A stretch of 63,916 nt of DNA, filler included, from Dimorphilus gyrociliatus (lineage: Eukaryota; Animalia; Annelida): NCBI GenBank assembly GCA_904063045.1. It is 4 parts of 4 records of this genome, joined end to end, with 100 filler letters (N's around TTAATTAATTAA, not from the genome) between each part and the next. Parts side by side here need not be neighbours in the genome. Positions count along the whole stretch, not along the records: positions 45,207 to 57,793 come from CAJFCJ010000195.1; positions 57,894 to 63,916 come from CAJFCJ010000319.1; 2 more parts are not named here. One strand, written 5' to 3'. The notes under the pieces are model-generated. The model searched no databases. It was not told the DNA's origin and saw only the letters and a list, made by a program, of their open reading frames with translations. A program made the position numbers and the translations under genes. Shown here piece by piece: positions 51,117-61,295 of the stretch. How positions within the stretch are numbered: the stretch's first letter is position 1; every line of letters begins with the position of its first letter.

Positions 51117-52213
51117 TTTTTTTGTTGTCCTATTGGTATGTTTAGGTATAATGGAGGTACAATGTGTATATAATGTTTACAAAAGATGCCAGAGTTTATA
51201 ATTTTCATTTGGTGCTGTTCCTCATTGAACAATTTTTGAACTGTTAAACAGCAAGATATATAATCCAAGTTGTCTGACAGGTCTTATAGTGTTAATGAAA
51301 GAAATGAAAGTGATGAAAATCAACTATAACATCTTAAAGTCACCTGAACATATATAAACAAATAGATACATAAATGTAAAACATTATAGTATCTTTAATT
51401 TCACAAATGAACAAACAAACATATAGCTTACTTTGTTTTTCTCTCAGAGTTGTTTGATGTAGAAAAGTGATCTTTTGTTGTATGTAGATGTTGAATCACT
51501 AAACAGAGTTTTGTAGAAAGCAGTCCTTCTTGTTCTGAGAATTTTCTTGAAGTGATGATGTTTGATAGACCTTGTAGCTTATATAGAGGAGTGTTATGTA
51601 ATTGACATATCCTAAGATATGTCAGTTTATCTTGACAAGTATCTGGTATTACATAAAAGTTTTAGTATCCCAAGCCTAGACACATTTGGTATTATATAAG
51701 AAGTGATATGTCAGCCTCTGGCATTCCAGTGTGTCACACACCTAATCAATTTTGCATTGATATAAATACATAGTTATATTATGCTAATATTACTATTTTA
51801 AACTAGAGAAATATCAAAGTGTTTATATAAAATGTACAGAGATTGAAATTTAGTTTTGATAGGTTTGTTAATTTCACTCATTGTGTTGTTCCTCTATAGC
51901 CTGAATATCTTGTCTGTTTAATCTTCTTCTTCCAGTTCTTCTTTGTTGTTGTTCCATCACATCTTTAGTGTTGACTAATATCTCATTAAAAATTAAATGT
52001 TGAACAATATTTCTTAAAGGAGATATCTTGTCCTGTTGGAGTCTTCTATGAAAAGGATCTCCTCTTATAATGCCATTGATATAAACAATATTTGTAAACA
52101 TTTTTTTTAACCTTTCTGGTAGAAATTGTTGATTATTATCTCCTTAAAGCATCATTCCACTGATGGTTCAACATTGGCAATAATAACTTGACCTTTCCTG
52201 CTGCTGACAACTC

Positions 52214-54293
52214 TTAAGGTTGGCCTTCCTCAATGGATTTAATGTCATTTGTTTTTCTGAATCTGTTTAGTATTCTTTGTGTTACATTTTATGTAATCCT
52301 TTCATCTTTATCCAATACAATATCATTCCAATTGCACCAGTTGTTGTTTCAGGAATAAGGAAATTGATAATAGTTTGTAGTGGTTTCGTTGTCCAAGCCA
52401 TAAAATATCTTCTAGATTTAGTTACTGCAGGGTTAATGCCAATTTGTTTTGCATAATTTAGTTGATCTGAATATTGATCAAGCTTATTTGTTCATTATTA
52501 CTCTGGCTTTCCAAAGGATTATCTTTTACCTTGAATAGATTTTTTTCAGTGTTACATTTGCCATATATTATATCTTTTAAGCTGATTTCACGTATCTGAT
52601 GGGTTATGGGTTCCACTGAGAATATTAACTCCTTATACTTGGCCAATAGTTGCTTTGAGCATTTACCATCTTTCACAATAATGTTCAAGTCACATATGAT
52701 CTGAATAGATTTGTGTTGTGTACAATAATTAATTGTTGTGAGGTCTCCCAGCCAAGTGCTATGTGTTCCTTTCTCTTCAGATAAATGTAGGTAACTGAGG
52801 TGAGATAGGACTTAGTGGAGTTATCATCCTATCCCTCTGCACAAATGCTCTACATAACATTCTTGAGAGCTGGTTAAAGGTTTCTTGTAAGTTGATGAAA
52901 TTTCTATCAACTGATTTTAGAAATGCTGCCCTTGTTCCACTATGGTGATTTTTATTTTCATCTCTTTTTCTTCTTCTGATTTTGCAACTCTTTCTAGTAG
53001 GAGATATCCTAATTTTCTTTTAGTCAACTTAAACTGCTTCCCTTGAGGTCCTTGAAACCAAACATCTGTTTTTGGCAACAATTTTTCTTCAACAAATTTG
53101 TGGGTAACTTTGTACTTGTCTTTTCTTGACTCCTTTGCAATGGGCAAGGTTACTTTCTTTAACATTTTTCCAATATATGTGTTTTGTATACTCCATACAT
53201 CTTGTGCTATAGGTTGCTTTAATTGGTATGTTCTGACTACAGCAAGACCAGGGATTTTAATCATCATATGCTATGTTTTATCTCCTTCCCTATACCAATC
53301 TCTAAATGTTGGTATACTTTCATGGTCTTTCTGAAGAGCATTCCTTAGCAATAAACTCTTTGACTGGTACTTTTTCAAATAAACTACTTCCTCTTCTGAT
53401 GCCAGCTTGAATACTGCATTCTTTAGCATTTCATCATCTTGGTACCCAGATGTTGATAAATCTGTTCTCAGAAGTTGGTTTTCTTCAATAGGAACCAGAA
53501 CTCTTGTACCTGGCCCTCCAAATCCTTCTATGAAACTATTTTTATAGTATTTATCCATAATAGTATATTCAGGACAGGAGTAATATCCTGCAAACTTTAT
53601 ACATGATATCCTTCTTGAAATCACTCTCCATGGTGATTCTTGTCCCATGATTCTATTATCTTTTAACAATTGGAGGATAATAACTGAATTTATAGTTCTG
53701 CAAAATCTTGTTGGACTGGACAATCTTCAACAAAATCAAGATCTGTTGTTACATAGTTTTGATAAGGTAACCAGTATGCTTTTCCAACTTGTATAATTGT
53801 AGTATATTCTATAACTAAAGTTGTTGATGGGTATTTATAGGCTGTTCCTTTCCTTTCATTATAAGTCCAAATATTTCCTTTGTTATAAAGCTTCTGCCCA
53901 GAGTAAGCTTTCTTCTTTTGATACATCTTTCTGCATTCTTCTTCTGACAATGTAACAATGAATTTTTCAACTCTGTGCTTCTTTGAACCAAAAAAATAAT
54001 AAGTGTAGAAGTTCTCTCTCTTCCTCACCATGCATTTTACTGCTTCAACCTCTAAATCAGCTGTGTTTATTTCATAGACATTGGCTAATATTTTGGTCAC
54101 AGGTTGGTTGTATACTTGACATTCAGGTTGATCTGCTAAATCAAATGCTTGCTGTAGTTGCTGTCCATTGCAGTATTGAATAGGAGGTACAAATTCTAAA
54201 GTGATGTTAGCACCAGTTGTGAATTGGTTTGCCATTGTCAATGGTAGTAGCATAAATATGATCATGATTATTATTAGAGGTATTATCTCTCTA
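52214..54293 (-). pseudogene. env-like class III fusion glycoprotein (herpesvirus gB / chuvirus G-like), with frameshifts and stops
   Basis: Hydrophobic leader IIPLIIIMIIFMLLPLTMA; AVKCMVRKRENFYTYYFFGSKK...TLSEEECRKMYQKK; FNQLSRMLC...ITPLSPISP; WLGDLTTINYC; KCSKQLLAKYKELIFSVEPITHQI; candidate anchor LQTIINFLIPETTTGAIGMILYWIK. Confidence 0.72.
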
Positions 54294-54505
54294 ATTGGAA
54301 ATAACCTTGATGGTTTTCTTCTATTTTCTGTACCAACATGATTAACTGTCTCATCTCTTGCTTGGTTATTAGCCAATCTTAATCTTGTTGCATGATAATA
54401 TTTTCTTTTGCCATCTTCCAATTCCACTTCATACAAACATTTGGTTGCATCTGCAGCTGTTATCTTATATGGTCCATTCCATTTAAAGCTTGGTATCCTT
54501 TCCAT

Positions 54506-55140
54506 TGTACAACTTTGGTTATATTTTACATGCTTGAACTCTATTATTTTATGCAACATATACATGTACATCTTAAAACCTACGCAAGAAAATGCTATAA
54601 CATTGGCCAAACATAAGTCTGATTAGTCAGCTTGAAGGCTCATCTTTAATTACCAATAAAGGTTTGGCCAAGTTATAATTTAATTAACTTGCCTAGGGTG
54701 TGGCCAAGTTATAATTCAATTAACCTTCCTAAATGTTGAACCTTGTAACATCCTGTTACTAAAGATAAATATGAACTACACATTTTGGCAACTGTAAAGT
54801 GATGATTGGATGTCAGAGACAAACCTCAAAGTATATAAATCCTCATTATTCTCATTTGGCATGCAGCTTCCATCTGGACCCAAGGACCTGGGAAAATCAT
54901 CTGGAAACAACCTCCACTGGAACCATCCATCTACTCCTCAACATTGGAAGACAGTTTGGTAATTTGGCAACCTGCTATTACAAACTATCTACTCTGCTAT
55001 TGAACTCTCATATTGTTACTTGCTTAAGTATTATTATTGCGAATAAACCATTTTAATTTAAACATTTGTTTAAAGGTTCGAGTAGAACCAGTATTGTTAT
55101 AACTTGCAAACGCATAGATTTTGCCAGCAAGAGCAGTACA
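54506..55140 (+). mobile_element. Solo LTR (635 bp), same family as 218-817, 4-bp TSD CCAT, inserted antisense into the Gypsy integrase
   Basis: CCAT|TGTACAAC...GCAGTACA|CCAT, with the TSD at 54502-54505 and 55141-55144. It carries an extra ~36-bp tandem duplication (TGGCCAAGTTATAATT...) in U3. Confidence 0.92.
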
Positions 55141-55245
55141 CCATACCTCTGTGAATATCTTCTCTCCTAATATGTACCCAATCATCAATACTATAGGTTG
55201 GAGGTTTTCTGGTCAGGGTTTTGTTAATTCTATCACTGTATTCCT

Positions 55246-55450
55246 TCTTAGGGTTAGGTCTTGGGGTTAGGGATTAGCACAATCAGTACAGACTGGTAAT
55301 CCCAAAAGTGCACACACACTTATAACCAAGCTTTGGCTAAGGGTTGGTGTAGCTGTTGAGGAGTTGCTATCTTGAGTAGCAATTCCCCAGCCTAAGCTGT
55401 AACTGTATCTCCAACAAAACCACTTACAAATTCTCCACAAGGGTGAAGAG
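55246..55450. repeat. Copy of the TTAGGG-bounded repeat; marks the 5' truncation point of the Gypsy element
   Basis: Highly similar to 47996-48200 (GGGATTAGCACAATCAGTACAGACTGGTAATCCC...AAGGGTGAAGA). Confidence 0.85.
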
Positions 55451-56082
55451 AACCTGTATTTAGCAACTAACAAAATGTCACCAGATTAAAACTCACAATA
55501 TTTCGGAGGTACGCGAAATAAATAAATTGTAAGTTAAATGTTGAAAACATTATTTATTTTTTGAAGAAAATTTTTTTCTATACATTTAAAGGCTTAAAGA
55601 AATTTATTTTATGCTATAATTTTTTTGATTGGTAAGAAAAAAAGATTAAGAAAAGAACACATCACTGCATATTTAAATAATTAATTTATAGAATTAACTA
55701 AAGTCAAGCTTTGAAGGAGAGTTGAACTTTGTAAGTTTAAATTAACTTTGTTTGACAAGACAAGAGTGAAAGTATTCAATGGTTAATAGTTGTTTAGTGA
55801 GTGCTTGCATATTATGTAAAAAGGTGATCAAGGGAAAGATCACTAAAAACCTTTTCAATTGTTTGGTTAATTAAATTGTTTACAGAAAAAAAACTCTTAA
55901 CCAAGAAGATGTATATAAATATAACTGGGTGTTTTTAATATTCATTAAATCAGTCTGAGGTTTGACTTTGGAAACTTGGTTTACTTTTTTGTGGAAAAGA
56001 GAAGGCTTTGAAAAATTTTTTGTAAGTTGTACAAATACACTTTGAAATTTTTCTAATAATTTTTTTTTTACACAGCATTACC

Positions 56083-57049
56083 ATGGAAACTAATAGATGG
56101 TGTATTCCAATTTTTGAAGATCCTACTCAATCAATTGATATTACTGAAAAAAATTTAAAAGTTCAAATTAGTTTTCTATTTCATTGTTACTACAATGCCT
56201 ACTATAGCAGATTTCATGTAACTTTTGATTCTGCTATCTGTAAACAATTCTTTAACTATCAATTATTAGGAGCATGTTGTATTAAAGAGGCATTAGCTGA
56301 ACCTTCAGACAATGTAGAAGAGCTAAAAGTTATTTTTAAATATATTCAAAAATTAACATGTGTATCAAAAAAATATAAGAAAATTTTATAAAAAACAGCT
56401 AGACTTAAAAATTATAGATTCTTAAAAGATTTAATGAAAACAGTTAAAGAGGAAGATGCTTTTAAAAATATTTTAGACTTTTATGAAAAGAAAGTGTTAA
56501 ATATAAATAAAAAAAATTTGGAAATCATTGGAGAAAGAAGTGATAAAGTATTCAGCAACTGGAAAAAAAAGTTACTTAAGTTCTACAATGACTGCCATGC
56601 TCCAACTCCAACTAAAGAAACAACAGCAACAACAACCAACCCTATCTCTCAATCATCTGCAACTGAAAATGAATTGGAAAATGAAACAACAACTCCAGCA
56701 GAAAACACAGACATCATTGTACCTGCACAGCCAACTGCTAGTACTGCAAGAAGATTCTCAGAAGAAACAACAATTATTGAACATAGACAACAATCTGGAA
56801 TTGAAACTGTTACACCACAACTATTTGAATCAGGAGAAGAATATTTTCAAGAACAAGAAATGGCTATATCAGCACTGCAGTCAGAATTGGAACCACTTAC
56901 AACAGAAATTGAATCTGCACAACCAACAACTGGATTGGAATCTGCACCACAATCAACTGGAATTGAACCTGCACCACCAACAACTGGATTGGAATCTGAG
57001 TTACCATCTACAAATTGTGAAAATATTGAGGAAATGCATATGGAAATCT
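56083..57049 (+). pseudogene. Unknown ORF with one in-frame stop (56389-56391) and a T/E/P-rich tail containing 4 x 27-nt repeats; cut by MITE B
   Basis: ORFs 56083-56391 and 56434-57132 are in the same frame. ESAQPTTGL-like units lie at 56911-57018. The final ~27 codons are read-through into the MITE. Confidence 0.5.
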
Positions 57050-57793
57050 GGGAACAACAGAAGTCGCCCAGGGCAGAAGTCGCCCAGGACAGAAGTCGCC
57101 CAGAAATTGATAGAAGTCGCCCAGAGCTGTGACAGAAGTCGCCCAGAACTGTGATAGAAGTTGCCCAGGACTATGACAGAAGTCGCCTAGAACTGTAGAA
57201 GACATAATGTGTTTGTTCTTTGTTTCTATTGATTTCTGACAATTGAAATATATAATAAGTATTAATAAATATAGAATGCATCATTTAATAATAACTAAAT
57301 AGTGAATGAATTAAATAATAAAATACTGGCATTCTGTTGAAGGTTTCACATAAATATCATTTATTTGCTTAAACTTGTGCACAAACTTGAGGTTCTATTT
57401 GGATCAGTACAGCAGAAAATTCCCACAATCACAATACAAAGTACAGTATTGAGTTTTAAACTAAAAATCTTATGCATTTCATTTAATTTATTAAATTTGT
57501 TTCTACATTCAAAGCAGAATTTTGCCATGTTGATAAATTTCTTTCAAATACCTGTTATGTCAAAGATCATGAGAATTAAAAAAAAATTGTAAGATATATA
57601 CATGATTTTAAAGAGACTAATATTTTTATCAAAACAATTGTTACTTTTGAAGGATTACAATGCAGAAAATCACTTAATTCGAATAGCTAACAATTCAATT
57701 TTCACAACAAATCAAGTGGTAAAACATTACTCTACAAAAAAACTGGTAAAACAATTTCTTTCATTATCACTCAGAGATTACAAATAATAAAAT
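57050..57793. mobile_element. Second MITE family B copy, truncated by contig end
   Basis: Nearly identical to 50160-50904. Confidence 0.93.
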
Positions 57794-57893
57794 NNNNNNN
57801 NNNNNNNNNNNNNNNNNNNNNNNNNNNNNNNNNNNNNTTAATTAATTAANNNNNNNNNNNNNNNNNNNNNNNNNNNNNNNNNNNNNNNNNNNN
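57794..57893. other. Artificial contig spacer
   Basis: 44 N + TTAATTAATTAA + 44 N. Confidence 0.98.
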
Positions 57894-58019
57894 CATTAAT
57901 GCTAATCTGAATTATAAAAACAGCTGTTTTGTTTGATTAAATTGGCTTCAAAGTTATTACTTGTTACTTTTGACTGAATGTTTCATCTTTAATAAAATAG
58001 AAACTTTCATTTAAATTAT

Positions 58020-61000
58020 ATGTCGTTTTTTAAACTTTCTAAAGAAGATCTATCTGAAATAGTAAAAAGGAAAAGATTACCTGAAAGTATTAATAACATA
58101 GAAGATCTCGGTAAAGCATTTCATCGCAACATTCTTACAGGAAATTTAGAAATTAGAAAAACACAAGAACTAATTAATGAATGCGAAATGTATTTACAAA
58201 GAGAAAACCACTTTTTCATAAGATGGTGTTTAAGTGTCAAAAAAATTTTTAAAATGATCACACTTGACTTAAATAATGAAGAGCACGAAAATGAAGAAAA
58301 CGAAATATCAATACTTTCAGATAAGAATAAAAACTTTGATATTGTTAAAAAATACTCATATTTGAACAAGAAATTCTATGGTTCTAATGATATAGTAATT
58401 AAACATGAAACGTTTTTATCTCTTGTAAAGAAATGTGTAAAAGATAAGAGTATAATAATTTTGGCCATAGCTGGTGTATTTTCACTAATAAAAAGTGTAT
58501 TTAGTGATGAAGAATATGAATGGGTAGAAGGTGCTTCAATATTTTTATTCATTTTGATGTTATTAACATGCACAATATTGACACAATATCATCAATTACA
58601 AATCACGAAGAAAATATCACAGAAGAAAACAAATTCTGTTAAAATAGTTTCGAACTACTACTTTGAACCTTATGACTACGCTGATATAATAGTTGGAATG
58701 GTTATTTTCTTAGAAGAAGGCGACATTGTTCCAGTCGATTGTTATAAATGTAGCAATGAGGGGGAATTAGTAGTAACAGAATTTATTGTAACAGGAGATC
58801 CAAAAAATAAAAAGAAATCAGAAGAAGATCCTATATCAATAGCAGGTAGCTATGTTCTTACTGGGTGTACAAAAGGAATAGTAATAAGAACTGAAAACAA
58901 TACTTATAACCAAATAATAAATAAAATAAGACAAAATGATGAACAGAACTATAATATAGGATTAACAAGCAGAAGTATACACCATAAAACACTTAAAACG
59001 AATATTAACTCATTAGTAAACAAACTTTTAATAATAGGTTGCTTTATTGGGATTTTTCTGTTTTCGTTTATTGTGATTAAAACAATAATATCAAATAAAG
59101 ATCTTATAAACTATTATTATGAGAAAGCTTTATCAAAAATTGGTACATTAAAATTCGGATTAAATAATCAATACACTTTTAAAAATCTATCTACAACAAT
59201 AGATAATATACGATTTAAAGATCATAAACCTCTTGACGTAGGATATATAAATCCAGATAAGATAAAAAAACCAGAATTTTTAGAAACTATAAAATTAGAA
59301 AATAAAGATTCCGATATCAATTTTAAAGGTATAAATCCAAACTTGAAAAGTTTATTATATAACTTCTCAAGAAGTGTCACTGAGATTCTTTCAATTATTT
59401 TAATGACAATACCAGAAGGAATATGGCTTGTGTATATTTTATCTAGTGCTTATGCAACCAAAATGTTATTGTCTAATGGGGTAATAGTAAAAAATATTGA
59501 AGAATTAGAAACAGCTAACTATGTAAATCACTTGATAACGGATAAAAATGGAACAGTTACAAAGAAAGAGCTTAAAATTTCAAAATTTTATTTATATAAC
59601 AAAACGATTGATACAACACAGGGAATTTGCAATTTACTAGCATCTGAAGACTCTTCATTTATAAATAAATTCATCCAAAATGCCGTTCTTAATTCCTCTG
59701 CATTTCAGGACAGAGAAGGGTACTATATTGGCTCAAGAAAAGAAAGCTGTGTTTTGGAATTTTTAAAGGAAATTGGTATTGATTATAGGATATATAGGAA
59801 AGAAAAAAAGGTCATACGAAAGCTGATCCAGTCTTCAAAACAGGAGTTTACTTCTATTTTAATATATAATGATAAATTTATGGTTTTTTTTAAAGGAGAT
59901 GTTAATATTATAAGTGATAATGCAAGGTTTCAATTTATAAATGGTAAACAGGAGGATTTTAAAAAAGAAAAAGTATATTCTTTTATCAGAAATGCACAGT
60001 CTAATTTTCAAAAGGTTGTAGGATATTCATATAAAGTAGTAAGTAACATTGATAATACAACCTTTACCTTAAAAGACTCCATATTCCTTTGTTGTATTTC
60101 ATTCAATGAAATTTTAAGAGAAAACTTAGATACTAGTATTGCAAATATAAAAGAATGTGGTGTAAATGTTAGTATGATGACAAATGACAAAAAAAGTATA
60201 GCAAAATTTTTTGCAAGAAAAGCTGGAATAACTAACAACTATTCATATGAGGTTTTAGGTAATGAGTATGAAGTTAAATATGATAAAACAACTTTATATC
60301 CTCAAAGAATAAGTTTATTGGCCGAGGCAACGCCTAAAATAAAAGAAAACTTTGTTAAGCATAGTAAGAACACTGGTAACATAGTAGCAGTAATAGGTGA
60401 TAATTCCAATGATACATTTGCATTAAATACAGCAGATATAAGTTTTGGAATGGGTAAAAGCGGTAGCGATATTTCGCAAGAAGCATCAACAATAATTCTT
60501 AAAAATGACCAAATAAGCAACATTGGAGATGTATTCAAATGGGGTCGGAATATTCACGATTCAGTTAGAAAATTTGTCCAATTTCATATAATAACTCTTT
60601 TAACATCTATTTTTTTAACATCTTTATCTTTCATAATTATAGGCCGATCTCTTTTTTCACCACTCCAGCTCTTGTGGATTAATTTATATGTTGATAGTGT
60701 TGCTGCTATCATAATAGCGCTTTCAAAGCCTATTAAAAAATCTGTAAGTAGAGCACCGGAACCACAATCTGCAGCTTTTATCACAAAAAACATGGAACAA
60801 TATATTTTTGCTTTAACTACTTATCAGCTTATAATAATAGGAGTTTGTCTTAGTATACAAAAAAACAAAACATTTATATTTAATACTTATTTTTTACTAC
60901 AACTCATGAACTTGTTTAATTGCCAAACACTTTCTATATTTTATTATTACACTGATTTAATAGAGAACTATACATTATTTATTTTTAATATAGCAAGTTT

Positions 61001-61247
61001 TATTTTACACTTTTTTATAGTTCAAAGATTTAATATAATTTTCAATACAGAACCATTAAGTTTCAATGACTGGCTGTTATCATTCTTATTAGCATTTTTA
61101 ATAATACCTTATTTTATTATTGTACGTTTATTTTTGAGGTATATGGATATAAGTACGTTAAAAAAATGGAAAGACGCGTATTATATGATGAAATTTGAAG
61201 CACAGTTTTTAAAAACACTGAAAAGAAACTATATTAATCACAGATAG
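58020..61247 (+). CDS. Divergent P-type ATPase, type IIB (PMCA/Pmc1-like Ca2+ pump), intronless
   Basis: IPEGI (M4), DKNGT, GSRKESCVLEFL (GNKTECALL-like), GDNSND...ADISFGMGKSGSDISQEASTIILKND, KWGRNIHDSVRKFVQF, QLLWINLYVDS, FIFNTYFLLQLMNLFNC. Confidence 0.9.
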   Translation: MSFFKLSKEDLSEIVKRKRLPESINNIEDLGKAFHRNILTGNLEIRKTQELINECEMYLQRENHFFIRWCLSVKKIFKMITLDLNNEEHENEENEISILSDKNKNFDIVKKYSYLNKKFYGSNDIVIKHETFLSLVKKCVKDKSIIILAIAGVFSLIKSVFSDEEYEWVEGASIFLFILMLLTCTILTQYHQLQITKKISQKKTNSVKIVSNYYFEPYDYADIIVGMVIFLEEGDIVPVDCYKCSNEGELVVTEFIVTGDPKNKKKSEEDPISIAGSYVLTGCTKGIVIRTENNTYNQIINKIRQNDEQNYNIGLTSRSIHHKTLKTNINSLVNKLLIIGCFIGIFLFSFIVIKTIISNKDLINYYYEKALSKIGTLKFGLNNQYTFKNLSTTIDNIRFKDHKPLDVGYINPDKIKKPEFLETIKLENKDSDINFKGINPNLKSLLYNFSRSVTEILSIILMTIPEGIWLVYILSSAYATKMLLSNGVIVKNIEELETANYVNHLITDKNGTVTKKELKISKFYLYNKTIDTTQGICNLLASEDSSFINKFIQNAVLNSSAFQDREGYYIGSRKESCVLEFLKEIGIDYRIYRKEKKVIRKLIQSSKQEFTSILIYNDKFMVFFKGDVNIISDNARFQFINGKQEDFKKEKVYSFIRNAQSNFQKVVGYSYKVVSNIDNTTFTLKDSIFLCCISFNEILRENLDTSIANIKECGVNVSMMTNDKKSIAKFFARKAGITNNYSYEVLGNEYEVKYDKTTLYPQRISLLAEATPKIKENFVKHSKNTGNIVAVIGDNSNDTFALNTADISFGMGKSGSDISQEASTIILKNDQISNIGDVFKWGRNIHDSVRKFVQFHIITLLTSIFLTSLSFIIIGRSLFSPLQLLWINLYVDSVAAIIIALSKPIKKSVSRAPEPQSAAFITKNMEQYIFALTTYQLIIIGVCLSIQKNKTFIFNTYFLLQLMNLFNCQTLSIFYYYTDLIENYTLFIFNIASFILHFFIVQRFNIIFNTEPLSFNDWLLSFLLAFLIIPYFIIVRLFLRYMDISTLKKWKDAYYMMKFEAQFLKTLKRNYINHR

Positions 61248-61295
61248 CAAGAAATAAAAGGAAAATGAACTCTTTATGAACAAAATATTATAAAC

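Larger units (their letters stand above)
49501..51250 (-). mobile_element. Probable decayed 3' end of a Penelope-like retroelement (GIY-YIG relic, hammerhead, telomere-like tract), interrupted by MITE B
   Basis: After removing the MITE, frameshifted LYTHCTS...Y-IGQ-KNIRQ and ILQNKSHLIDKHYKES...HP precede the ribozyme. About 250 nt downstream the strand ends in CCCTAACCTAACCCTAA-like repeats. The protein relic is weak. Confidence 0.5.
52214..55248 (-). mobile_element. 5'-truncated Ty3/Gypsy LTR retrotransposon: integrase C-terminus fused to an env-like ORF; decayed
   Basis: Removing the solo LTR and one CCAT gives KKEYSDRINK...PPTYSIDDWVHIRREDIHRGMERIPSFKWNGPYKI...LYEVELEDGKRKYYHATRLRL (GPY/F module), continuing without a stop into the env-like region. 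Confidence 0.85.

Noticed and set aside
51250-51870. Candidate 3' LTR of the Gypsy-env element
   Set aside because: There is a TATA-like motif and possible TG/CA ends, but no clear polypurine tract and no second copy to define the boundaries.
58121-60793. Short antisense ORFs overlapping the ATPase (and 63304-63543 in the orphan ORF)
   Set aside because: These are expected shadows of long AT-rich coding frames, with no independent motifs.
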